Positions 47,923 through 55,150 of a stretch of 64,000 nucleotides of DNA are shown here, piece by piece. The notes beneath the pieces were generated by a model. The model searched no databases, was not told the DNA's origin, and saw only the letters and a list, made by a program, of their open reading frames with translations. This DNA is from a virus (taxonomy: Duplodnaviria; Caudoviricetes), in IMG/VR virus record IMGVR_UViG_3300011116_001007. The stretch is one strand, 5' to 3'. The first letter of the stretch is position 1, and every line of letters begins with the position of its first letter. The position numbers were made by a program, and so were the translations under genes.

Positions 47923-48464
47923 TATAGTCTTTCGTTGCACACATCCCAATCAATGATCTTCCAGATATTGTTGAGATATGCTTCTTTGTCGCTTTGATAA
48001 TCCAGGGCCCAGGCATGTTCCCACCAGTCTACTAGCACACAGATGTCGGTGCGTACGGCATGATTGGCGATGGTCTTGATTGCTCCGCTGGTGCTGAGAT
48101 ACACCCATCCAGAGCCTTGTATTTTCATAGCAGTTTCTTTGAATGCTATTTTGAAATCTTCGTAGGTTTTAAAATGTTCTTCTATGAGTGCGAGTACTGC
48201 ACCACGTGGTCGATTGGCACCTTTGGGAGCCCTAAGCTGAGGGAAAAACTTATTGTGTAAAAAACTGCCAGCACGATTAAAATCTGCATTGCCTTCTCCT
48301 GCATTGTATCGCTTGGCATAGCCCTTGGCGAGATGTTCAAAATGGTAATCAATTGTGGCAGCACTCATCACCGGTGCCAGGTCCTTGGGACCATAAGGTA
48401 GTGGAGTAGTTTCTAGTTTGGCCGGTCTGGTGCTGGCTTCCAGTAAGTCTATGTGTTCACGCAT
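47922..48464 (-). CDS. Compact Fe/Mn superoxide dismutase
   Basis: LPY..LAP.MS..TIDYH, FLHNKFF, GSGWVYL, DWWEHAW (four metal ligands present). Confidence 0.85.
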   Translation of the reverse strand: MREHIDLLEASTRPAKLETTPLPYGPKDLAPVMSAATIDYHFEHLAKGYAKRYNAGEGNADFNRAGSFLHNKFFPQLRAPKGANRPRGAVLALIEEHFKTYEDFKIAFKETAMKIQGSGWVYLSTSGAIKTIANHAVRTDICVLVDWWEHAWALDYQSDKEAYLNNIWKIIDWDVCNERL

Positions 48465-48472
48465 ACAGGTAT

Positions 48473-48691
48473 TTATTTTCTTCTAACAATACGCCCTCTA
48501 GTGAGATCGTATGGTGTGAATTCCACTTCTACCCGATCTCCCAGCAGCACTTTGATATTGTTGGTACGCATTCGCCCACTGAGATGTCCCAGCACTGTAT
48601 GCTCAACATTGTCTATTTTGACGCGGAACATCGCAGCAGGTAAAATGTCTTCAACTGTTCCCTCCATTTTGAGAGTTTCTTCTTTGGCCAT
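48473..48691 (-). CDS. infA: Translation initiation factor IF-1
   Basis: MAKEE.LKMEGTV...[38 protein letters not shown]. Confidence 0.95.
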   Translation of the reverse strand: MAKEETLKMEGTVEDILPAAMFRVKIDNVEHTVLGHLSGRMRTNNIKVLLGDRVEVEFTPYDLTRGRIVRRK

Positions 48692-48697
48692 ATGCAA

Positions 48698-49147
48698 TTA
48701 CTTAGTGAAGTTGATCTCTGTTGTGATCTTCTTCAATCGATCATAGCGGAAACTGCGCCAGGCAGCCTGATCTAAATCGTAAACTCGCTGGGTCACAGGA
48801 TCAGGTTCTTTGCGCGGTTTTTTATTTTCGGCCAGTGTGTCTAGTCCATCTGGGTTAGCAGTAGAGGATTTGAAAATTGTGCCTACAGGTGCTGGCGGAA
48901 TTCTGCTGCTGTCCAGAGTGCATCGCATGTCACGTGTGGTGCCATCTGATTTCACAAACTGCACAGTGACTTCGCTGGTGGTCAACAGGCCCTTGACCCA
49001 AGCCCTTATTTCCGCTTGGCCTGCGGTGTCAGCTTCTTGATACTGCGTTCCAGGTGCATTTTTCAGCAAGCGAAACACTTCTGCTTTTTCCCAATCCATC
49101 AAATCCATAAGTTCTCCTCTAAAAGTTAATAAACGTTTTTTAATCAT
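48698..49147 (-). CDS. Sm-like/SH3 beta-barrel (WYL-2-like) protein
   Basis: VQFVKSDGTTRDMRCTL...VYDLDQAAWRSFRYD; start MIKKRL coupled to the array. Confidence 0.65.
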   Translation of the reverse strand: MIKKRLLTFRGELMDLMDWEKAEVFRLLKNAPGTQYQEADTAGQAEIRAWVKGLLTTSEVTVQFVKSDGTTRDMRCTLDSSRIPPAPVGTIFKSSTANPDGLDTLAENKKPRKEPDPVTQRVYDLDQAAWRSFRYDRLKKITTEINFTK

Positions 49148-49500
49148 GTCCATCTCAATGCTGCTATTGTAGCATACTTGGCATACTTTTGACTAATCTT
49201 TATGGTTAGACGATTGTCAGTAGCATCACGATCAGCCATGCCCCAATCCCAATCCCATTTTTGACGACCGACATGTTCTTCTAACCATGGGCGATAGTGA
49301 TCGTTTGGGTCACTGCTATCGACAGATGTTTTACTACCGTCTGGCATCCAATCTATATCTACCCACCCCCTGGGCCATGCTACATTGATTACAACTCCGG
49401 GCATAAATCGCCACCAGAGATGTTCTTTGATATTCAATCCGCAGGGCATCCAATAGTTTTGTCTAAAGAAGAAAAGACCTTTAATCTCACTCTTGCTCAT
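49144..49500 (-). CDS. LRW-family array member 9
   Basis: MSKSEIK...WLEEHVG...ATIAALRWT. Confidence 0.75.
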   Translation of the reverse strand: MSKSEIKGLFFFRQNYWMPCGLNIKEHLWWRFMPGVVINVAWPRGWVDIDWMPDGSKTSVDSSDPNDHYRPWLEEHVGRQKWDWDWGMADRDATDNRLTIKISQKYAKYATIAALRWT

Positions 49501-49742
49501 GTCCACCTCAATATAAACCATGTTGCCAACTTAGGATCTTTAACTGTGATAGTGGGCACATATTTTGGTCCCAAGTCACGAGGGTCAAACGCTTCGTGTG
49601 GCTGTGGATAAACACGCTCACGCTTGTAGAACCAGGCATAATCGTAATTGTCAACAAGGCCAGTCATATTGCCTTTGCCCACATGTTTGTTTAACCATTC
49701 GGTACACCCTTCGGGCACACCTTGACGAAATTCTACTCTCAT
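49497..49742 (-). CDS. LRW-family array member 8
   Basis: MRVEF...WLNKHVG...KDPKLATWFILRWT. Confidence 0.75.
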   Translation of the reverse strand: MRVEFRQGVPEGCTEWLNKHVGKGNMTGLVDNYDYAWFYKRERVYPQPHEAFDPRDLGPKYVPTITVKDPKLATWFILRWT

Positions 49743-49990
49743 GTCCACCTCAATAAAAAGAATGTAGCATCACTACCTTCTTTGAAAGCAATCTTGCTGT
49801 CCCAACAATGACATTCAATTTTAGTTTCTTTTAACCAATCTTTCACATTACTAGACACACTAGGAATGTACCATGGATCTGGTATTTTAACAATAGTCCA
49901 ACCCATAGCATTGTATAGTATTTCGGTATCAATACTATCAGCTAAATCTTTAGTTAGTTTATTAAGATATTTGTGTTCTATATCCATCAT
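49739..49990 (-). CDS. LRW-family array member 7
   Basis: MMDIEH...FKEGSDATFFLLRWT. Confidence 0.75.
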   Translation of the reverse strand: MMDIEHKYLNKLTKDLADSIDTEILYNAMGWTIVKIPDPWYIPSVSSNVKDWLKETKIECHCWDSKIAFKEGSDATFFLLRWT

Positions 49991-50202
49991 AGCCACCTCA
50001 ACAAGAACCATGCAGCATGTTTTTCATCGCGGAACTCGACCACACCTTCGCCAAGATACCTCCACCCATCCTCAGACTGGCCACCGAATTGTTCAAAGCA
50101 CCAATCTATACAGGGACTCCATCCTTTATAATTTGAAGCGATTTTGGGATCATTGGGTACCGGCACACTGACTATATGCCATTCTGGCTGCGGGTATTTC
50201 AT
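49987..50202 (-). CDS. LRW-family array member 6
   Basis: MKYPQ...WCFEQFG...FRDEKHAAWFLLRWL. Confidence 0.75.
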   Translation of the reverse strand: MKYPQPEWHIVSVPVPNDPKIASNYKGWSPCIDWCFEQFGGQSEDGWRYLGEGVVEFRDEKHAAWFLLRWL

Positions 50203-50399
50203 GACCACCTCAACAGAAACCAATCGTGGTTCTTTCTAACTTGAAACACATAGCCTGTGCTGCCTGAACTCAATAGAAAAGGATTGCAATCATTTTTATA
50301 CATCCAACTAGTAATTTCGTGCCAATCTTCTGTTTTCATACAACGGTAAACTGGATGATTGTTCCAACCTGGATATGATGTTTTCTCTACTTTTGTCAT
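50199..50399 (-). CDS. LRW-family array member 5
   Basis: MTKVEK...HDWFLLRWS. Confidence 0.75.
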   Translation of the reverse strand: MTKVEKTSYPGWNNHPVYRCMKTEDWHEITSWMYKNDCNPFLLSSGSTGYVFQVRKNHDWFLLRWS

Positions 50400-50638
50400 G
50401 ACCATCTCAATGTAAAATGTGTGGCATCTTTTGCGTCCGAGAAATAGAATGTACTACCGGCCCACTCATTTTTTTGCAAACAACAATCACGCCTAGTATG
50501 TTCACTAACCCACCTAACCATTTCCGCAACTTGATCACACCAATCAGTCCAATCCATTCCCGGGCGTACTGTAAGATGTACCTTGTGATAATTCTTGTCA
50601 ATATCACGTTTTTCTTTTCTACGCTGTTTGCTATTCAT
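50396..50638 (-). CDS. LRW-family array member 4
   Basis: MNSKQRR...FSDAKDATHFTLRWS. Confidence 0.75.
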   Translation of the reverse strand: MNSKQRRKEKRDIDKNYHKVHLTVRPGMDWTDWCDQVAEMVRWVSEHTRRDCCLQKNEWAGSTFYFSDAKDATHFTLRWS

Positions 50639-50829
50639 GCGCCCCACTTCAGCAAGAACAACATCAGGTGCTTTTGCTTTTTAAAGTAAAAATAGCCGTT
50701 GGCTCTTTGGTGTTCACCAAATTTAAAAGTCTTAGTACACCAGCGATCTGCCTCAAGCCACTTATTGCCTTGGACAATTTTGTAGGGCATCTTGACTCGT
50801 TTGATACCGTAGTCAACAATCAGGGTCAT
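50635..50829 (-). CDS. LRW-family array member 3
   Basis: MTLIVDY...WCTKTF...FKKQKHLMLFLLKWGA. Confidence 0.75.
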   Translation of the reverse strand: MTLIVDYGIKRVKMPYKIVQGNKWLEADRWCTKTFKFGEHQRANGYFYFKKQKHLMLFLLKWGA

Positions 50830-51056
50830 GACCACCTCAACAAAAACAATGTAACATACTTTTCTTTATACAAGTATAACCAGCCACCGAGATAATCCCA
50901 ATGACGGTCATGCGTATGTGTAATAAATCCATTGGGTCCAAAAGTATCCCAGCACCATTCATGCACTTGTTTTATATTACTGCCCGGAGTAGTAAGGCTA
51001 AAATGCACATCCCATCTATCTAACTCGGGACGATGTATAATCTTGGGCAAAGTCAT
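50826..51056 (-). CDS. LRW-family array member 2
   Basis: MTLPKI...WCWDTFG...TLFLLRWS. Confidence 0.75.
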   Translation of the reverse strand: MTLPKIIHRPELDRWDVHFSLTTPGSNIKQVHEWCWDTFGPNGFITHTHDRHWDYLGGWLYLYKEKYVTLFLLRWS

Positions 51057-51349
51057 GACCACTTCAACAAAAACAAAGTGCGGTCCCGTTCATCACGGAA
51101 CCAATACTTGTAATTACTGCCAACCCAACGAGCGTGTTCTACTGACCAATCAGACTCTCCCATTGTATCTATTACCCACTGGTCCATGCCCCACCACTCT
51201 GCCTCAGTGTAGTTTGATGGTCGAATCCAATAGGGCCATTTAGGTTGATTTTCAGCATAGCCAGTTTCAAGGCGTTTCACGTTGATTTCATCTATCCATT
51301 GTGTTGCCATTTTGGTTATCTGTTGTGGAGTCAATATAGCGTTACTCAT
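51053..51349 (-). CDS. LRW-family array member 1
   Basis: MSNAIL...WVIDTMG...FRDERDRTLFLLKWS. Confidence 0.75.
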   Translation of the reverse strand: MSNAILTPQQITKMATQWIDEINVKRLETGYAENQPKWPYWIRPSNYTEAEWWGMDQWVIDTMGESDWSVEHARWVGSNYKYWFRDERDRTLFLLKWS

Positions 51350-51738
51350 CGCCGCATCTTGGATATGTCAATTGCTTCTTCGTCGCTGAACACAGGCACA
51401 GCATTGCTCTTGTGCATGGTAGCAATGCCTTTGACCTTGGTGCCTGTATACACTTTGGCAGGTGCCAACGCTGCCACACCACCGCCGGTGCCAAGACTGG
51501 GAATGTGAGCAGTACCTGCACGATCTGTGGCACCAGTCAAATTGTAAACCAAGGGTTCTGCTGCTAGAGCACGACGACGCTTCTTTTCTTCTGCAGCCAC
51601 ACCTTGACGTTTCAGCAGTTGTTTCCAGTCAGCTTCGAGTTCACGAGCCTTGCGAGCTTCAGCAGCATTACGGTATTTGAATTTACCCTTCTTCTTGCCA
51701 TTGAGGCTCAGCGCAGGGCCGCACATGTGCATGGTCAT
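51346..51738 (-). CDS. Basic hypothetical protein (T4-like phage type)
   Basis: C-terminal VYTGTKVKGIATMHKSNAVPVF. Confidence 0.7.
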   Translation of the reverse strand: MTMHMCGPALSLNGKKKGKFKYRNAAEARKARELEADWKQLLKRQGVAAEEKKRRRALAAEPLVYNLTGATDRAGTAHIPSLGTGGGVAALAPAKVYTGTKVKGIATMHKSNAVPVFSDEEAIDISKMRR

Positions 51739-51764
51739 AAAGATCTCCTGGTAGTCATGTGCTT

Positions 51765-51793
51765 ATTATAGCACAGCTCAAATTACCGGTCAA
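51765..51793 (-). promoter_or_regulatory. sigma70-type early promoter driving the array operon
   Basis: TTGACC-17-TATAAT. Confidence 0.85.
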
Positions 51794-51796
51794 CCG

Positions 51797-52099
51797 TTAT
51801 TTGAACAGGATCAGCGCCATCAAAACGGCTTGCACAATAAATCCCGAGCCCACAGTGATGATATTCAACATGTCTTTGAGCACCACCGCTCGCATGAACA
51901 ACAAGACCAGTCCAGCCCACAAGAACAATATCACGTCCAAACTAGGTGTTCGATCACTGAGTCCTGTCATCAGAGCCAGCAAAGTGGGCACAGTAGCAGC
52001 ATGTAACACTATGGCTGATAACCATCCTAAAGTTTCTGCACTCAATCTGGGCAAGTGTTCACCCAACCAGTCAATAATAGAACGAGATGCAAATATCAT
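51797..52099 (-). CDS. Small multi-pass membrane protein
   Basis: Three hydrophobic segments; ATGA overlap with the hydrolase gene. Confidence 0.7.
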   Translation of the reverse strand: MIFASRSIIDWLGEHLPRLSAETLGWLSAIVLHAATVPTLLALMTGLSDRTPSLDVILFLWAGLVLLFMRAVVLKDMLNIITVGSGFIVQAVLMALILFK

Positions 52100-52668
52100 G
52101 TTTTTTCTCCGTAAAAGATATGATGTCCAATTTTCTCTAATTTGGGTTTGTTCCAACCCGGATTCACGTAGTCAGCGTGATAGTACAGTGCGTTTTTCAG
52201 TCCCGGCAAGCGGAATCCTTCCAACAACACTTTTTTGGCCACTTCCTCACTTTCCCTCCACAGGGGTCGGTGTATGGCTTTGCCAGGATGTCCTGATTCA
52301 CAGAACCAGCTGAATTGGCACACTACTTTTTCGTAGAATACGTTTTTCTGATATACCACTGCACATACAGAATTGGCAAAACGTCCAGAGTCCACACGGT
52401 TCAGAGTGACCTGCGCCACACCCACCTTGCCTTCAAACGGTTCGTTGGCAGCTTCCCAATAGATGTTTCTTGTGAGGCATTCCAGTTCTCGGGTGCGTTG
52501 TGCTGCACTGATATAAGTTGCGGATAGACCATCTGGTTGTTCACGCAGGGCATTGAGTCGATTATTGGTCACCACGTACACCACATAGACCACTGCAATC
52601 AGTCCTAGGACTTTGAGTAGATATGAACTGTAGCGTTGTGCCAAAAGGGATATTTGATTTGCTTTCAT
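52096..52668 (-). CDS. Cell wall hydrolase, SleB/Hydrolase_2 family, N-terminal TM anchor
   Basis: CLTRNIYWEA..EP..GKVGVAQVTLNRV, CQFSW, ALYYHADYVNPGW, IGHHIFY. Confidence 0.9.
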   Translation of the reverse strand: MKANQISLLAQRYSSYLLKVLGLIAVVYVVYVVTNNRLNALREQPDGLSATYISAAQRTRELECLTRNIYWEAANEPFEGKVGVAQVTLNRVDSGRFANSVCAVVYQKNVFYEKVVCQFSWFCESGHPGKAIHRPLWRESEEVAKKVLLEGFRLPGLKNALYYHADYVNPGWNKPKLEKIGHHIFYGEKT

Positions 52669-52748
52669 GGTAGTGTTACTTAATGAAATGGGCAAAATCA
52701 CCCGAAAGATCGGGCCAAAACAGTATGGTTTCGGCCGATCCACTGTGT

Positions 52749-52777
52749 ATTATAACACAGACTGGTCGAATTTGCAA
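52749..52777 (-). promoter_or_regulatory. sigma70-like promoter
   Basis: TTGCAA-17-TATAAT. Confidence 0.65.
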
Positions 52778-53529
52778 ACCGGTATTGGCAACATCTTGTG
52801 CAAATTTGTTGCGCGAATCTCACGGTAGCGACGAAGATTTTTTTTCTCTTGAGGAGTGATATGGGGGAGAAAAAAACCGGTGTCTTGAAGCATGGCCTGT
52901 TCCAGTTCAGGATAGGTCATGCCCAGTTGATCCTCATCGGTGCGACCATCCTCCCACAATCCATCTGTGGGCGGTGCATCGATGATTGACTGCAACAGTC
53001 CCAGTTCACGACCCATGGCCCACACCTCTGTTTTCATGCAGTCGCCAATGGGGCTGATGTCCACACCACCATCGCCGTATTTGGTAAAGAAGCCCACACC
53101 AAAGTCTTCCACTCGATTGCCTGTGCCCACCACAATACCCCGCTGGCTTTGTGCAATCTGATACAGGGTCATCATGCGTAGTCTAGCACGACTGTTGGCA
53201 TAGGCCAGTTCATTGTACACACCGTCCTCTGTGGCTTTTTCAAACTGTTTGAAGGCCGGGGTGAGATCAATTGTTTTGTGTAGCACGTTGTTGGGGAATC
53301 GTTCCGCCAGCCAGGCGCCGTGAGCAACACTGAGACTATGAGTTTTTTTACTTTGGCGTATGGGCATGCTGACTGCATGTACATCCAGTCCAGTCATTGC
53401 ACACAAGGTACTGACCACAGCAGAATCAATGCCACCTGATACTCCCACTACCAACGTGTTAATTTTGGCACTCCGGGCATAACTTTTGATCCACTTCACA
53501 ATAGTGGTAACACGTTGTTTAGGTGTCAT
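52750..53529 (-). CDS. nadE: NH3-dependent NAD+ synthetase
   Basis: VGVSGGIDSAV, ANSRARLRM, GTGNRVE, FFTKYGDGGVD, APPTDGLW, DEDQLG. Confidence 0.93.
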   Translation of the reverse strand: MTPKQRVTTIVKWIKSYARSAKINTLVVGVSGGIDSAVVSTLCAMTGLDVHAVSMPIRQSKKTHSLSVAHGAWLAERFPNNVLHKTIDLTPAFKQFEKATEDGVYNELAYANSRARLRMMTLYQIAQSQRGIVVGTGNRVEDFGVGFFTKYGDGGVDISPIGDCMKTEVWAMGRELGLLQSIIDAPPTDGLWEDGRTDEDQLGMTYPELEQAMLQDTGFFLPHITPQEKKNLRRYREIRATNLHKMLPIPVCKFDQSVL

Positions 53530-54092
53530 ACTTTTACTTTTGGCATTTTTTTCAATGTTTCCCACATCAGGGCTTTCTCTTTGCATTTCTTCTCCAGTTT
53601 CTTATATCGTTCGCCCAGTCGGCGTAGGTCATCCCAATCTTTTTCTAACTCGGCGTTGGGCGTGAGTATGTTCAATCGCTCTTCTACCCGTTCCATCCAC
53701 TCAGTCATGCTCTTGCCATTGATCTTGATGTCTGCATCTTTACCTTCTACAGAAATTATAGTACTGGGTTTGTTACCGTAAACGCCGCCAATTGTGTATG
53801 TGCCGCCGCTGCCAGCTACACCAATGGTGTTAATAGTATTGTTACTATAATAAGCACCAGCGCCTGAGCCGCCTGCTAGAGAAACTACTGGATTTGTATC
53901 CCATACTGCACCAGTTGCTGAGCTGGTTCCACCGCTAATGGTAACATTAGCATCGCCCCAATCGATTGAGCTTATTTGCACAGGATTGTCCACAGCCTGT
54001 TTGGCCAAATCACGCATTTTTTCCAGCTGGATGTTTAGCTTTTCAGATAGCTCTTCCGTCGAAGGGTCTTTTAATGAAACAGCCACGGTCAT
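53526..54092 (-). CDS. Hypothetical protein
   Basis: Gly/Ser-rich middle; coiled-coil C-terminus. Confidence 0.65.
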   Translation of the reverse strand: MTVAVSLKDPSTEELSEKLNIQLEKMRDLAKQAVDNPVQISSIDWGDANVTISGGTSSATGAVWDTNPVVSLAGGSGAGAYYSNNTINTIGVAGSGGTYTIGGVYGNKPSTIISVEGKDADIKINGKSMTEWMERVEERLNILTPNAELEKDWDDLRRLGERYKKLEKKCKEKALMWETLKKMPKVKV

Positions 54093-54093
54093 A

Positions 54094-54282
54094 TTACACC
54101 TTGACAGCTAGGGCTTCTTTTTCTGCGGTGATTTCTTTGCGGCGTTCTTTGATGCCTTTGCTCATTTCTTGCAGGGCTTTTCTTGCTCTGGCAGCAGCAG
54201 CCTTGACACCTTTGCCTGTGAATTTTTCGTTTTCGGCAATGTAAGATTCGTAAGCAGCGACGATTTGTTCATGATTGGTCAT
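54094..54282 (-). CDS. Histone H1-like (Hc1-family-like) small basic protein
   Basis: ENEKFTGKGVKAAAARARKALQEMSK..KERRKEI. Confidence 0.7.
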   Translation of the reverse strand: MTNHEQIVAAYESYIAENEKFTGKGVKAAAARARKALQEMSKGIKERRKEITAEKEALAVKV

Positions 54283-54520
54283 TTGGGTTCTCCTTGATTA
54301 TGACGATGGCTATGTTATCAGCAGCAGCCCGTTCCAGTTCGGCACTGTAGCTGTGTACATTAAATTCGATAACACGACTGCGGCGGTCGCCAATCCAATC
54401 TTCCAACAATTGGTCTTGTATCATTGGATGATCAGTTTGTGTGGCACCAGCAGCCGACAAAGCCTCATGCCAAGTATATTGTTTGATCTCTTTACCTGGT
54501 GCAATGAAGTTTATTATCAT
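54269..54520 (-). CDS. Hypothetical protein
   Basis: Start re-assigned to MIINF, 6 nt below a perfect sigma70 -10 box. Confidence 0.6.
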   Translation of the reverse strand: MIINFIAPGKEIKQYTWHEALSAAGATQTDHPMIQDQLLEDWIGDRRSRVIEFNVHSYSAELERAAADNIAIVIIKENPNDQS

Positions 54521-54526
54521 ACAGTA

Positions 54527-54555
54527 ATTATACTGGCCTGCTGCCGGGTTGTCAA
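54527..54555 (-). promoter_or_regulatory. Consensus sigma70 promoter
   Basis: TTGACA-17-TATAAT. Confidence 0.85.
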
Positions 54556-54583
54556 TAAAATCACCTGGATTTGGCACTCTTGC

Positions 54584-54832
54584 TCAGTCGAGATATATGT
54601 GTCGACGAAGCCAAGTATCCCATATGGTCAAGTTTGATATGTCATGACTCCATGTGAGCTTGAACTGTTCAAACGCACGTTGTTCATGCAACATCATTCT
54701 ATTGCCTGTGGCATGTGCGTGATCAATTTTGTTATCACGTATCCAAGAACGAAATACTGATTCTGCTTGTTTTTGATTGTGCAAAATTATAATGTACAGT
54801 GGTTCGACTGCGCGATAACTGGCTATGGACAT
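54584..54832 (-). CDS. Hypothetical protein
   Basis: 82-aa ORF in gene order. Confidence 0.6.
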   Translation of the reverse strand: MSIASYRAVEPLYIIILHNQKQAESVFRSWIRDNKIDHAHATGNRMMLHEQRAFEQFKLTWSHDISNLTIWDTWLRRHIYLD

Positions 54833-55096
54833 TTAGTGGAAAGTGGTTCCCGGTGGGGGCGGAGTGGGCTCGATGTTATTTACTTGACTGAATATTACAG
54901 GAAATCTTTCATCCAATTCAATAAAGGAATCATCGTATTCAGCAGCCGTTTCATTTTCTACTCCCAGCAACCGCATGATGGCACCTGTGTGTATTTTTCT
55001 AATGCCAATGTCGTACAGCACTGCCATCAGGTTGATCATGGTCTCGTGGATTTTGTCTTTGTATTGTTCGGGGTCTTGCATACAATTAATTATCAT
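54833..55096 (-). CDS. Hypothetical protein
   Basis: 87-aa ORF in gene order. Confidence 0.6.
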   Translation of the reverse strand: MIINCMQDPEQYKDKIHETMINLMAVLYDIGIRKIHTGAIMRLLGVENETAAEYDDSFIELDERFPVIFSQVNNIEPTPPPPGTTFH

Positions 55097-55104
55097 TCAA
55101 AACG

Positions 55105-55128
55105 AAAAAGCGGCCATTAAGGCCGCTT
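55105..55128 (-). terminator. Intrinsic terminator
   Basis: AAGCGGCC-TTAAT-GGCCGCTT followed by Ts on the minus strand. Confidence 0.8.
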
Positions 55129-55150
55129 GCTGACTGACGCAAAGTTGCGT

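Larger units (their letters stand above)
49144..51067 (-). repeat. Nine copies of the junction motif TTGAGGTGG(T/A)CATGA at gene boundaries
   Basis: Stop codons at 49144, 49497, 49739, 49987, 50199, 50396, 50635, 50826, 51053, each with ATGA overlap. Confidence 0.85.

Noticed and set aside
49144-51349. CRISPR-like repeat-spacer array
   Set aside because: The repeats are only about 15 bp, degenerate, lie inside coding junctions, and are separated by 190-360 bp of intact ORFs; no cas genes are present.
52690-52740. c-di-GMP-I riboswitch suggested by GGCAAA...GAAA on the plus strand
   Set aside because: Wrong strand for the downstream gene and the second stem/tetraloop-receptor pattern is missing; kept only as a generic structured leader.
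14688-54282. Bacterial chromosomal origin suggested by clpA, nadE, infA and erpA
   Set aside because: These genes are interspersed with baseplate, fibre, spanin and T4-type clamp-loader genes and lack their usual bacterial operon neighbours.
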